Shown here one piece after another: positions 47,720-61,500 of a stretch of 64,000 nucleotides of DNA. Every line of letters begins with the position of its first letter. The stretch's first letter is position 1. The position numbers were made by a program, and so were the translations under genes. The notes beneath the pieces were generated by a model. It saw only the letters and a list, made by a program, of their open reading frames with translations. It was not told the origin of the DNA and ran no database searches. The DNA is from Basidiobolus meristosporus CBS 931.73 (lineage: Eukaryota > Fungi > Basidiobolomycota): NCBI GenBank assembly GCA_002104905.1, contig MCFE01000049.1, forward strand, positions 62,001-126,000, given 5' to 3'.

Positions 47720-50700
47720 CTGGAGCTATGTTCCAAAGCTTTCTTTCCTCAAGGTGGATCTGCATCTTGATTCTCCAAAGCCTGTAGTTCTTTCCATCAA
47801 ACCTCTCCTTTACAGGGAAGTTTTATTGTGTTGTTCTGTTTGCTGGTAGAAGTCATCTTTAGAATAGATTAAGGCAATCAAGGCTGATAACATGTTGCAA
47901 TTTAAGAAGTGATTTGGATATAAGGAACTTATGAAGAAATAGTGACAATAGTTGAACTGTTGTTTATTAGTAAGGAATCTTAGTATTTATACCTTTGTAG
48001 AAGTAATACAGCTGTAACACTAAGTAAAAAGGGTTTCTCAATATTCAGGAGCATTCTGTAGCAGTTTCAGGGTTAGTACATAATAGTTAGCATTAGTGCT
48101 AATTTGATCTTGACTATAGGGGTATAATCATAAGATCTTAGATCTGAAGAAAGTGGCAAAGTTAGAGCTGTAAATTAGTCTGGCAGTGACCAAGACTAGT
48201 CCAGAATTGTTAAGTAAATTTTTAGCCGCAGAATGATACCAAATAGTCCAATATTTCAACACTCCCCCAACTAAATAATCTCTTAATCCTGACTCCTCCC
48301 TAAGATTCTCAAACTGTAGCCTAGCTAGTGGTGTTGTCAATATATCTGCCACCATTTTGTTAGTTGGGCAGTACACCAACTTCACTAAGTTATCTTCTGC
48401 AGCTTCCCTCACAAAGTGATGCTGTATATCAATGTGCTTAGCTCTGGCATGATTAGTAGGACTTCTAGCTAATGAAATACAATTTTGATTATCCCTGTAA
48501 ATACATGTTGGTTCATCTGAATCAAAACCTAAGTCTTTGAATAATTTTTGTAGCCATATAGCCTCCTTAGCTGCTTGACATGCAGCCATATATTCTGCTT
48601 CAGTTGTAGATAGAGCCACAGTTGGTTGTTTCTTGCAATTCCAAATAATAGCTGCACCAGCATAAAGAAATACAAAGCCTGTGGTAGAGCACCTATTGTT
48701 CAGATCCCTACCCAAATCTGAATCACAATAACCATCAAATATATGCCTATTAGCTGCTCCAGAGTATTCCAGTACTATATTTATGGTACCTTGTAGACAT
48801 CTCAAAATTTGCTCAACAGCTGCAATTTGATCTGATCCATAACTCTGCATAAATTGACTAACTATTCCAACTGCCACTGCAATATCTGGATGTGTAGACA
48901 CCATCCAGTACACTAGGCTACCAACCATTGATTGATAGGGAAAGTTTTGGTACATATTTGAGCCGTTTTCATCTATGACTGGCTAAGATTTGCTAAATTC
49001 AGGTTGTTGTCCATAGAGGTAACTGCAGGTTTGCAATTTTCCATTCTGAAGCATTCAACAGTGTCCCTGATGTACCTAGACTGTTTCAGCACAATTTTCT
49101 GCGCAGGTATGTCAAATTTGACCTCAGTTCCAAGAAAAGAGCTCAATTTTCCAAGATCTTTCATCTCAAACTTGCTGAAGAGATCTGATTTTGTCTGTTT
49201 AGGTGCCTCTTGGTCACTTATAGCTATAATTAGGTTGTCCACATAAAGAACTAGGATGATCACACCCTTTTTAAGCTGTTTCACATATATACTGTGATCT
49301 GCAATGCTACAAGTGAACCCAATTTCCTCTAGATATGTGTCAATCTTGTTATACCATGCTCTAGGTGCCTGCTTAAGCCCGTACAACAACTTTCTAACTT
49401 TACACACCATATGGGGGTCTTTTGGATTGGTAAAACCTTCTGGTTGCTCCATATGTATAGTTTCTTAAAAATCCCCACTCAGAAGGGCTTTTTTGACATC
49501 CATTTGGTGTAGATTTAAACTGTGTACAGCTGCCAAGGCTACAACTGTCCTAATGGAGTTAAACTTGGCAACCAGAGCAAATGTTTCCTAAAAGTCTAGT
49601 CCCTGGATCTGGGAATAGTCTTTAGCCACCAATCTAGCCTTGTACTATCAGCAGCACCACTTGAGGTTATCTTGATCTTGTAGACCCATCTATGTCCTAT
49701 GGGCTTTCTCTGATTGGGTAAATCTACCAGTTCCCACATTTTTGCCTTGATCAGTGATTGGTACTCCTCCTGCATGGCTTGTTGCCACATAGTAACATCT
49801 GGACCTTGCATTGCCTATTCCAGACTCTGAGGTTTGGCACATAAGGCAAGATAAGCTTCTTCATGATCATTGGATGTCTGCCACCAGGATCCAGGGGCAT
49901 TTCCTATTCTGGTAAACCTCCTAACTGGGATAATCTGTTCTGATCTGGAACTGGTACAAGTATCTTCCATATCTGGCTGGATTTAGTACTTATCTTCTTC
50001 ATCAGTTTTGATTGTATCATCAGGCAGCTGGCCAATGATTTCTGTGGCTTTCTGATCTGAGTTCTTCTCAAATACAACATCCCTGCTCTTGATTAGCATC
50101 TGAATTTTGCCATCATACACTCTATACTGTTTAGTATCTTTACAATACACAAGAAATATCCCTTTCCTACTCTCTGGTTTGAACTTTGAGCGTTTTTTGT
50201 CAGGGATGTGATAGAAAACATCACTGCCAAAGATCTTGAGGTGCTGGAGATCCGGTTTTTTTTGCCTGTATATGCTTCAAAGGGTGCAGAATCACGTAGT
50301 GCTATTGTTGTGCATCTGTTCTTAATATATACTGCGGTAGCAAAAGATTCCACCCAAAACTTGTAGTTCATTCCCTTATCATGTAGCATAGATCTTCCCA
50401 TCTCTACTATTGTTCTATTTGCACATTCTGCTACTCCATTGTGCTGTGGAGTATGAAGTACAGAGGGCTGTTGAAGTATACCAGCAGACAAGCAGTATTT
50501 TGCAACCAGCTTTGAACAGTATTCCCCTCCATTGTCACTTTGTAGTACCTTCAATTTACACCCAGTTTGTGTTTCTGCCATGTTCTTGAAGTGCTTAAAT
50601 GTCTCTAAAGCTTCATCCTTTGTTATGAGGAAGTACACCCATGTATATCTTGTTTTGTCATCAATAAACATTGTAAAGTATTTCTTGGCTCCAAAGGACA

Positions 50701-51677
50701 GAATTCTCATGGGGCCACATATGTCTGAGTGTACAACAGCCAAAATTTTGGAGGTATTGATGCCTTCTGAGCTCATGAAACATTACCTGGCTTGTTTGCC
50801 ATATGAACATCCATTACAAACATTCAATTTAATTTGAATTGAGTATTTTAGGCCCAATACAAGCTGCTTTTTCACCAATTGGCTCATTTTCTGTCCCCCA
50901 ATGTGTCCTAGCCATCTATGCCATGTCTCCCGGTGGGTTTCATCAGTTTTGGCAATGTTGACATACTCAGTTACAATGATCTTGCATTGTAACTTGTATA
51001 TATTGTGATCTCTGATTCCCAAAGCTAATTTTTGTCCATTCTCACTCAATATTGAGCAGCTCATCTTGGTAAAAACAAATTTCAGTCCCTGAACAATTGC
51101 TTAACTGACCAAGAGTAGGTACTTAGGTATTCCATGTACATAGAGTATGTCAGTAGGTCTTGCTGTTGTTGCCCCGGAGCTATCACTCATATTTAGTTGT
51201 ATAGACCCACTTGCAGTAGTTTCCAGAGCAGAGTTATTTCCCAGATAAACCTTACAGGATTAGCTTTTAAGTTGCTGAACCACTCCTTTATACCACAAAT
51301 ATGCTGTGAGGCTCCAGAGTCAGTGTACCATTCATTACTTTGGTTACTTGCACTCTCTTGTACGGTTACAAATAACTGTTCATCAGTAGTTATATGCTTT
51401 GCTTGCTCTAGTTTCTGTTTTTTGTCTGATTGTTTCTTCTTGCAATCTCTTGCCCAGTGTCCTGACTTTTTACAATAGTTGCAGCAACCAGGTTTTCTTT
51501 GGTTTTGCTGTTTTCCCTTCTTTTCTGAGTGCCTTTCTAAACTGAATAAAGTATTATCTTTGACTTTCTCTGCTTGATCCTGAACTTTAAATTAGTCCCA
51601 CAGTGACTAAGACTAGTAAAGAATTGTTAATTAAATATTTAGCCGCAGAATGATACCAAATAGTCCAATATTTCAAC
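47720..51677 (-). mobile_element. Copia D, second degenerate copy in the opposite orientation, with tandem/permuted structure
   Basis: On the minus strand: LTR fragment (51677-51589), gag C-terminus, protease, integrase (50093-50776), RT, RNase H (48128-48955), PPT, LTR (48261-47893), then PBS and gag start (47892-~47720). Confidence 0.88.
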
Positions 51678-52250
51678 GGATGCAACTTACCATGTAGAAA
51701 GTACAAGTGGACAACTGTCACACTGCTGGCAGCATATGATCCTGAGACTCTCCTGGTTCCAACATGTGTCAGCAATTGCATGGCATTCACATCCAGTAAT
51801 GTTATTATGTTGTGGCTTGAGAAGTGGTGTGTTTCTACAAATATCAGTAATGTGGGGGGCACAAGGCTCACTGATAGATTATAAGCCTAAATCCCCTTAG
51901 AGCAGAGCCTAGCATAATCCTGGTCAAATCCTACTCTGCAATGGGTCAACACCTGTGGAGCAAAATACTATGGATACTTTATGGAGCCAAGTGAGCCCAG
52001 TAACCTATCCACTGGTTAATGATGTGATGTTGTGGCTTGAGAAGTGATGTATTACCACAAATAGCAGTAATGGGGACTTTGAGGATTTACTATCACCTCT
52101 TGACAAAATCATACCAGGATGCAACTTACCATCCGCATAGTACAAGTGGACAACCATAATGCAGCTGGCTATATATGACCCAGAGACTGCTCTTATACTA
52201 GCATGTGCTAACAGTTATATAATATTTCATATCAGAGAATCCTACCATTG
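51678..52250 (+). repeat. Imperfect internal duplication of a decayed coding-like sequence (possible MULE-type transposase relic)
   Basis: GGATGCAACTTACCAT…AGTACAAGTGGACAAC and GTTGTGGCTTGAGAAGTG each occur twice. Translation DATYH…YKWTT…YDPET loosely recalls the MULE first-Asp motif. Confidence 0.3.
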
Positions 52251-52399
52251 GAAGGTGTCCAACTTGACAGTAATCCATCACTATTGGAGGAAAACTATTA
52301 CACAATCTGATTATATTCCAGTATTACCCTGTCTGAAGAAGTTTACAAAGTCCAACAAGTATTGTGAAGCTATAAAGTACCACACTTAGTGTCAATCAA

Positions 52400-54300
52400 G
52401 TGCAAACATTTCCAATATATTTGACAGCAAACATTATAAACAGCTAAAAAGTAAAGACTACTTTGAAGTATGTATGACCATGCCTTTGCCTTGACACTTC
52501 ATGAATTCTCATTAAACAAGTACTCTGCCAGCAAATCCTGCTGGCCACTGATTTGCAGCAACCTTAACCCGCTTGATAATGTATGGTATCAAAGCAAAAA
52601 TCTGATGGTAGTCTCACTGGTATCTGTTCCTAGATCACAGCTCAATCTAGACAGCTTTGCGTAGCCATTGCTGGATGATTTTGTATGCTTTTCAGTGGGA
52701 TACTACTACATAGCCCTCATATCAATGCACATATTATTTTCTGCATTGGAGATATCCCGGCCATCAGTAAGAGAGCCAGCGTTTCTGGGCAAAATGGACA
52801 GTTTTGCTGCCAAATGTGTGAGATCCAGGGGGCTTACTTCTTAACTCACACATATCATTGTTAAACAAACACCAACACTAAGAGCATTATCTTCCCACAG
52901 AAAGAATTTACAGAAGTCAGCATGCAAATGCTGCAATGTTGGTAAACTTTAATCTATTGGCCAGAATATGGAACTATTTGGGAACCAGAAAGAGTTAAGA
53001 TAGTGGGCATCTGTTGGAGCAAGGCTTTTCACTGTGGGCAATGCATTTGCTTTTCAGCAATATTCTTATACTAATGACCAAGAAAAACATGAGGTATATC
53101 ATGCTGAATGAGCCTTTTGGGGTACCAGAGTTATTGAAAAAAATTGGCAAGATATTAGACTTGTTCTGTTGGATAGTGCCACATTGAGCCATGAGTGCCA
53201 AATGATGCCATAGTGTGCCAGAGAGGCCAAGTGAGCCTATACTTGGCCACAGAGTGTGAGAAATAGATATGCATCCTCATGCAAAGCAGCCCCTGTGCTT
53301 CATCTATGATGCAGGAGAAAATCCATTTTTTGACATTTTTTTGTAGATCAGTATTGTGCAGGATGTGTAAGAGCACTAAAGGATTGAAGATATACTTCTG
53401 GTACTTAAGACCCATGGCACTCTGAATCTAGCTCCTGCAGCTTGTAACATGTCACTAAAATGCATGCCACTATCTAGGTCCACTGGTACTATCAGGCACT
53501 ATATTTAATTATTAGCCCTAAAGTAAGATCAATACAAAGCACTTATAGTGCCGTATAGTACCAGTGGACCAAGATAGTGCCATGCATTTTTGTGACATGT
53601 TACAAGCCACAGAAGCTAGATTCAGAGTGCCATGGGTAATGAGTACCAGATGCATATCTTCAATCCTTTTGTGCACTTGCAAATCCTGTACAACATATTC
53701 CTAAAAAAAAAGGTCAAAAAGTGGATTTTTTCCATCACAATGAGTGAAACACAGGGGCTGCTTTGCATGAAGATGCAGAGCTATGCTGCACACTCTGTGG
53801 CCAAGTGTAGGCTCACTTGGCCCCCCTGGCACACAATGGCATCATCTGGCACTCATGGCTCAATGTGGCACTATCCAATGGAACAAGTCTATTACAGAGT
53901 ATATACTATCCAAAGCACTTCTTGAGGGCTCTTATTAATACACATATGAATATACAACAACACAAATGCAAGGACTGGATGGACCAGATATGTTTTTATA
54001 TAAGTGGCCTTCTGAAGCTGCTTCTACCAGGCTTACCTTGGATGCATTGGCAGTCATACTTTGACTTTGTGGGAATATTTATCCAGAAGCAGATCCCCAT
54101 GCCAACTTAACACACCTACAGCATTTATGCAAGGAGCTTGTGACAGAATTTGAGTGCCTATACTACAAGCATCAAGCTGAATGCATAGATATATGCTGCT
54201 ACTGTATCTATTTTCTATTCCATCTTGCTTGGCATGTGGAAATGTCAGCCCTTGCTTCACCTTTTAGTATTTCTCCATGAAATGGATATGTGGGGAGAAA
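52400..54300 (+). pseudogene. Degenerate CACTA/En-Spm (Transposase_21-like) transposase, split by a MITE
   Basis: Fragments SCWPLICSNLNPLD…NLMVVSLV…LDSFA*PLLDDF; FCIGDIPAISK…SGQNGQFCCQMCEIQG; CKDWMDQICFY…LLLPGLPWMHW; LFHLAWHVEM…PFS match the Tnp2 motif order. Confidence 0.7.
53157..53890. mobile_element. 734-bp fold-back MITE, second full copy
   Basis: Same arms as 43652-44385 with the spacer in the opposite orientation; TSD ATT on both sides. Confidence 0.92.
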
Positions 54301-54639
54301 GGAAGGCAAGTCAAGCTGCAAGTACTACTATATTTCAATCACATCAAGAAACTTATCTTGAAGTCCATCATGTTGGTGTTGAGTTGGCACATGGAGGACA
54401 ACCAGGAAGAGTTGGAAATACTGGGGACAAATATGCCAATGGAGAACCTTATGCCTTTGGCATCATGAAACTAAGCAGCCCAGTTAATGCATAGCCAGTC
54501 AAGTAATGCAAAGCAGGGTTAGGCTCAACAGTAAACTAATTGTTATTAGGTCACCCCTACCATAGTATGCTAGGTCTCTCCTGGTCACAGGTCAGCTTCT
54601 ACACCTTTCAATATGGATTTCCATAAACAAGGGCCATGG

Positions 54640-55290
54640 CACACTATGAAGGGGACTAGTACTCAGCAGGGAGTAGGGTTATATTGCGTAAGTAGCACAA
54701 AGTTCTTCGCAGATAATCAGGAGATATAGATGGCAAAAGTGGCAGCAACTAAGCCTATATTGGCAAGATGTATATGTTATCAGCAATACAATGTATTTGG
54801 TAACTTTGCAAGTATCACACTTAAAAGCTGTAAAGTTGAAGTGGTAGAAGTATGCAAATTGCTGTAGGTATGCAATTGTGTAGAGGTTACTTAGCATGAG
54901 GTCAAAGTTTTTTTGATTTGAACTCTATGTGGACACCAAAGGAAGTGGTGGGTAAGCAAATAAAGAGTGTTGATTCTGCAGAGGAACATATCAATGGTAC
55001 AAGGAAAGATAGAAAAAGAAAGTACCACTTGGTATGTTGGCACATTGGCTTTGAACAATACAGTCTGTATGCTGCTGTACTAATGTAACAATGCTAGCAG
55101 AGATTAGAAATGAAACCATCAAAACACTGTCAAGTTTCTTGCTATATTAGCAAACTGGATCTATTGGCCAAATAAATGAAGGGTGCACTAAGACTATATC
55201 AATGCCTGGCAATTCTTATTCAAAGACTGCATAAACATTGTAAAACTTCTTAATTTATCTGGCAATAAAATTACCAAAACATCTTTACAG
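54640..55290 (+). mobile_element. Element X fragment, copy C, directly downstream of the CACTA transposase relic
   Basis: Reverse-complement homolog of ~25030-25740 (MA.VAATK…ARCICYQQY.V.GNFASITLK.CKVEV). Confidence 0.6.
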
Positions 55291-55307
55291 TCCTATCACA
55301 AGATTGT

Positions 55308-55616
55308 ATGAAGGATCAGAAATTCCAAGCTGTGGGCACTGTGATAGACTCTATGCAGGAACATATTAAACAGGTTCCAAAGAAGCAAATAGAGAACAAG
55401 CTGTATGGTAACCTAGCAAAGTGTGAGTTCTTCAAGGGGGACGTTGTATATTTAAGACACATGGTGATCAGCACAGGAAAGACCTTTGACCTCAAGAAAG
55501 TGGAGGTTATCAAGACTCTGAAGCTGCCCAAACACATATTGGGGCTAAGATCATTTCTTGTAATGGTTTCTTATTATCAGAGATTTGTTGTGTCCTTTGC
55601 AAGTACAACTATTTGA
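55308..55616 (+). pseudogene. Gypsy C RT fragment
   Basis: [15 protein letters not shown]…LRSFLVMVSYYQRFV, homologous to the intact element. Confidence 0.75.
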
Positions 55617-55619
55617 ATA

Positions 55620-56728
55620 TCCCCCGCAGTCACTCAGCTTAACTTCAATTGAGTGAATTAGGCCTAAAACAAGTTAATTTTACAATGATTAGCTCATTTT
55701 CTGTTCCCCAATGTGTAGTAGCCTCCTATGCCTTGTCTCCAGTTAGTTTCAACAGTTTCAGCAACTTTAACATACTCAGGTGCAATACTCCTGCATTGTT
55801 ACTTTTCTATATTGCAATCCCTGATTCCTAAAGCTAGCTTTTATCCATTTTTACTCAGTATTGGGCAGCTCAGATTAGTATCAGCAAGTTTTAGTCTCTG
55901 AGTGGTTCCATATTTCTATTCTAGGCACACAGAGTATTTCAATCAGTTTTGCTGTTTTTCCCCCTGAGATATCACTCATATTTAGCTGCCTCAACCCACT
56001 GGTGGTAGGTTCTATTCCAGAGTTGTCTCCCAGATAAGCCTTTCTCACAGTAGAGTTTAGAAGTAGCTGAGTCACTCCTTTATCCTGCAAATATGCTGTG
56101 ATGCTCCAGAGTCAATATACCATTCATCACTTTGGTTACTTGTACTCTCATGTATAGTTGCATATAACTATTCATCAGTAGTAATATGGTTTGCTTGCTG
56201 TATTTTCTGCTTCCTGACTGCTTGTTTCTTCTTGTGTTCTCTTGCCCAGTGTCCTGGCTTCTTACAGTAGTTGCAGCAACCAGGTTCTCTTTGGTTTTGT
56301 TGCTTTCCCTTCTTTTCCGTGTGCCTTTTCAAGCTGCATAAAGCATTATCTTCAATCTTCGCTGCTTGATTGTTATGTCAGATTTCTTCGTGGCAAAGTC
56401 TTCCTTTGACCTGGTTCATAGTCAGCTAGTCTTCTCCGCTTTTGAAGGAAAGTATAAGTGGCTCATACTTGCTGGTAAGGTGCAAAGCAGACAGAGTATC
56501 TTTTCATCATCATCTACACCAGCACAGCTATAGTAAAGTTCTTCTGCAAGTGTTTGCATTCTAGTCATGAGTTGTAAAATGTCATCATCTGGCTTCTTCC
56601 TCCAGTTGTTGACTTTTGTCTTAGATAAAGTTTGCTTGGTGTTGGCTATGCTCTAGGATCTTCTCTAAGGATTCCCATGCTGCTTTGGCAGTATTACATG
56701 CATGAAGTTGTCCAATGACGAAATCTTA
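55620..56728 (-). pseudogene. Copia D gag/protease fragment (third copy)
   Basis: Homologous to 41900-42950 and 50850-51580 (knuckle, WYIDSGAS regions). Confidence 0.75.
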
Positions 56729-58573
56729 TATTATAAGTCTTGGTATAAGAGTTGTAGAGGAATAGGGAGTTTAGCTAGCATTGCGCTCACTAAAACTTGA
56801 AATGATTTTTTGAGGTTCCAGCATTTCCTTATATACACTGTGCCAGATCAATTGCCCACTAATTGTACTGCCCAATGTGGTTGTGGCAGATGACCTATTT
56901 GTATGCATCATCATCACCATACTATATCCCACTTAAAATATGTATTTCTGTCTGACATGGATCTGCTGATTCCTCTGCCAACTAATACTACTGATTTAAT
57001 AAATAATACCAATCTAGTGTTAGGCTTAAAATCAAACTAATTGATTTGACTTGAAACTGATCTAACTCAAACATTTAAGCAGTAGATCATATCAATACCC
57101 CTTACAACACTTGAGAGGGTTGTCCTGAGTCTCATTTCTTGTGATACCAGCATCTTGATGGTTCAGTATTGTCAGCAATTCTTGCAGGCTTGAGTCTGTC
57201 TCTATGAACTAAATCCTCCCAGATGCTACCTAGCTTGTCCACTAGTTGGTAAGTTGCAAATGGACAAACTCTAAGAATCTTGAAAATTCCCATCCATTGT
57301 TGCTCAAACTTCTTCTAAGTGTTGTTTCTGCACAATACAAAGTTCCCTACTGTAAACAATCCTGGCAATTTAGTCTTGTCAAATCTCTGCTTCATATTTT
57401 CTACACATTGAGATACCTTGATCTATACCTCTTGACATCTTTTTTCCAATTGCTGGCATCTACTTGGCCAGCTGAGCTCATCATCTAACACCTCTGTAAG
57501 CTTTGGATGTGTGAAATCTCACACAATACTGGGAGGTGTTGTTCACTCTAACTTTGCAGACAAAAAGTTCTTAATCTATTTATTTATCTTATCTTCTGGC
57601 AGTTCCATTTACATACTATATCAGCATTATTCCAATTATTCCATTAAGCTACTCAGTGACTCCATTGGTTCTGAGGTGATATGTCAAGGTTTCAAGTGAT
57701 TGATCTGCTGCATTTTCAGGTAAGCTTCCAGTGACTTTGCCAAAACGTTTGATCCACTATCAGATAAAACTTTTACAGGGCATCCAAAGTTTGTATGGAT
57801 CATGTTGGAAAGAAAACCTACAACTAATATTTCACTTGCTACTGGTGCAGATTTAGCCACTGGCCATTTGGTGGCATGATTAATTGCCACTAAAATCCAA
57901 AACTTGTATTTACTAGTTGTTGGCAGTCTTCCAATATAGTCAATCCCCCATCTCTCAGCTGGTCTTACAAGCTCTAAGGGTACAAGTTAAGCAATTCTTT
58001 GTCCTCAGTGGATTTTGCAATTTGTGCTGTGTTTTCACTACCTTCTCAATACCTTGTTTCATTTGGGGCCACCGTGCACTAGCTTTGACAAGACTATGGG
58101 TTCCTTGAGTTCCAAGATGTTGGTATCAAGTGTGTAGCTTATGTATTAAGTCCAGGCAAGCAACATAAGGGCAATAGGCCATATGTCAACCATCACAAAT
58201 TTGGTAAAGTGCTTCATCCTGTACTACCAATTTACTGGCTTTATCCCAGATTATCTTCTTGATCTTGTCATCACCTTGGTAGGAATGGCTTTGTCCTCTA
58301 AGTACTCTGATGATAAGCCAGGCCAATTTGGCTCATGCACTAGGTGGAGTTGTGCAACTGGTTCTTGTCTTGATAAGGCACCAGCAGATGTGTGGCTTTT
58401 CCCAGAGCAGTAGATAATCTCCAATCAAATTGCTGGATGTAATCACTCCATCTTTTCACACTTCTGGGTAATACCCTTGGAGTATATACATACTTATTTG
58501 GGGCATGCTCAGTGCTCACAGTGAACTTGGCCCCTTCAATTTAGCATCTTCAGGTCTTCAAGCTGTGTATTAT

Positions 58574-61500
58574 TGTTATGATCTGCCGCTTGAATGTTTA
58601 AGTTAGATCAGTTTTTAGTCAAATCGATTAGTATATGTTTAGGTTATCAGTACATCAGTATTATCTATGAAATCAGTAGCATTAGTCAGCAAATGAATCA
58701 GCAGATCCTTATCAGACAGAAATAGATATATTAAGTAGGATCTTATTGGGTGATGATGATGCAATCAAATGAGTCATCAGCCACAACCTACATTAGGAAA
58801 TACAATTAGTCAGCAATTGATCTGGCAAAATGTATATAAGGAGCTGCTGGAACCTCAATAAAAATCAGTTCAAGTTTTAGTGAATACAATACTAGCTAAA
58901 CTCCCTATTCCTCTACAACTCTTATACCAAGACTTGTAACATTGGTAGCAGCGATAACCAGAAACCTCCCTCCTGAAGAAAGAAGAAACCACCCTCAAGA
59001 TGTCGGACAATCAAGAATGGAAGAATGCCATGCAGCAAATCCTGGCCCAACAGCAACAGCTACTCCAGATCCTCAGCCAACAGCAACAAGGAATGACTAC
59101 CATGGCTCAGAGCCAACAAAGCCCTGTCAAGAGCAACTTTAGTGTGAAGGTCAACCGGTACCATGGCAGAGTCAATGAAAACCTGGGAACTTGGCTCTTT
59201 CAGATTGAAGAAGCTTTTAAAGCTAAAGGAATTGCTCCAGAGAGCAAGTTGCATTATGCAGCTTCTTACCTGGCAGATGCAGCTTTACAGTGGTACCACA
59301 ACAAGATCAGGTCAGCTACTATGATGGGATGCTCTACAATCTCTACCTGGGATGAGTTTGTGTCGGAAATTCAGGATGCTTTTGAACCTCCACACCAGCA
59401 GACACTACTAAGAAGGAAGTTAAAGACACTCAGACAGAAAGGAATGGTGCAAGAATACATCTATGAGTACAGATGTCTACTTGGACAAATTGAAAGAATG
59501 GACCCCTTGGATCAAGTTGAATACTTTATTGATGGGTTGAAAGAAAGAACTCGCAAGGAAGTCAATTACCGAAGACCTCAGACTATTGAAGAAGCCATCA
59601 AGATTGCCATTGACTATGACTCAGCTATGTTTGGAGTTGGGAAGCCTACAGTGACTAGTCAGAAAGGCTATAATCATTATGAAAGAAGACAATCAGAAGC
59701 AGTACCAATGGAAATAGACGCTATGCAGAAGAATCCCTCCTCAGAAGAATGCAAGAAGAGAGGACTTTGCTTCAATTGCCACCAGCAGGGACATATTGCA
59801 AAGTACTGCCCTCAGAGAAGAAATGGACACCAGCCAACAAGAACCTTCAACCATATTGAGTCCCATGAACACAGTAATGTGGAAGATGAGCTTGAAGAAG
59901 ACTCGGAACTCACCTTCCATATGACAGAGGAGTACTTGTCCCAAATGACTTCAAACTCAGGGAAGTTATTGTACCTGAATGGAGCAATCAATGGAGTACC
60001 TGCCAAGATCATGATTGACTCAGGAGCATCGCATGAGTACATGTCAGAGCAATTTGCTTTGAAAGCTGGAATCAACTCGGAACCTACCAAATCAACTTCA
60101 GTTTCCACAGCTGATGGGAACTCCCACATAATCAACCGTATTACCCAGCCAGTAAGAATGAAGATCAATGACTATGAAGAAGACCTACAGGCTTATATAT
60201 TTGGGAACTGCAAGTTTGACCTTGTACTTGGGAAAACCTGGCTATTTTGTCGTAATCCATCAATCAACTGGAGAACCCATGCTACTCAGATCCAAAAAGA
60301 CAATAAGACCTATGAGCTATTACCTGCCAGGCTGGATTTCAACTTGGTCAATTCCAGTGTGTGTGAGACAAGTGAACTTAGCAAGACCCAGTTCTGTAGA
60401 GCACTTAGAAAAGGTACCGAGATGTTCCTCATGGCGGTATTACAGGAGGATTCCTCTACCCCAGCACCCCAGCAGGTCCAGACTCTCTTGAAGAAATACT
60501 CAGACGTGTTTCCAGATGAGCTTGTAAGCCTACCACCAGGCAGAGACGTGGATCATGCCATTGACACAGGAGATAGCCCTCCAGTGAGCAAGACACCTTA
60601 CAGAATGAGTCCATTGGAATTGGAGGAAATGAAGAGACAAATTGATCAGCTATTGCAGCAAGGATACATCAGGCCCAGCAAGTCACCCTGGGGAGCACCA
60701 GTGCTTTTTGTGAAAAAGAAGGATGGAACACTTAGGATGTGCATTGACTACAGAGCCCTGAACTCAGTTACCATCAAGAATAAGTACCCCATACCCCGGA
60801 TTGATGAGCTTTTAGACCAACTTAATGGAGCCACTATTTTCAGCAAGATTGACCTCATGTCAGGATACAACCAGATTAGGGTGAAACCAGAAGATATCCC
60901 TAAGACAGCATTCAGGACCAGATATGGACATTACGAGTACTTAGTCATGAGTTTTGGCCTCACTAATGCCCCTGCAACATTCATGACGCTGATGCAGACT
61001 GTCTTTCAGGAGTACTTAGACAAGTTTGTGATAATCTACCTGGATGACATATTGATATACAGCAAGACAGAAAAGGATCACATGGTGCACATTGAAAAGG
61101 TCTTGAAGAAACTAAGAGAGAACAAGCTATATGGCAAGCTAGCCAAGTGTGAATTCTTCAAGGAACACGTAGAATATCTGGGACACATAGTGACTAGCAC
61201 AGGAGTAACCTTAGACCCCAAGAAGGTGGAAGTAATCAAGAATTTGAAGCAGCCCCATAGCATATCAGAACTCAGATCCTTCCTTGGAATGGTTTCCTAT
61301 TATCGGAGATTTGTCAAGTCATTTGCAAGTATCGCAGCCCCTTTAACTGATATCCTCAAGAAAGACAATACCTACAAGTGGGACATAGCTTGTGAGACTG
61401 CCTTCCAGACGCTAAAGAATGAACTTGCTAAGTTGCCAAGCTTAAGAATACCAGACTTCAGAAAAGAGTTCACTCTATGCACAGATGCTTCAGATTATGC

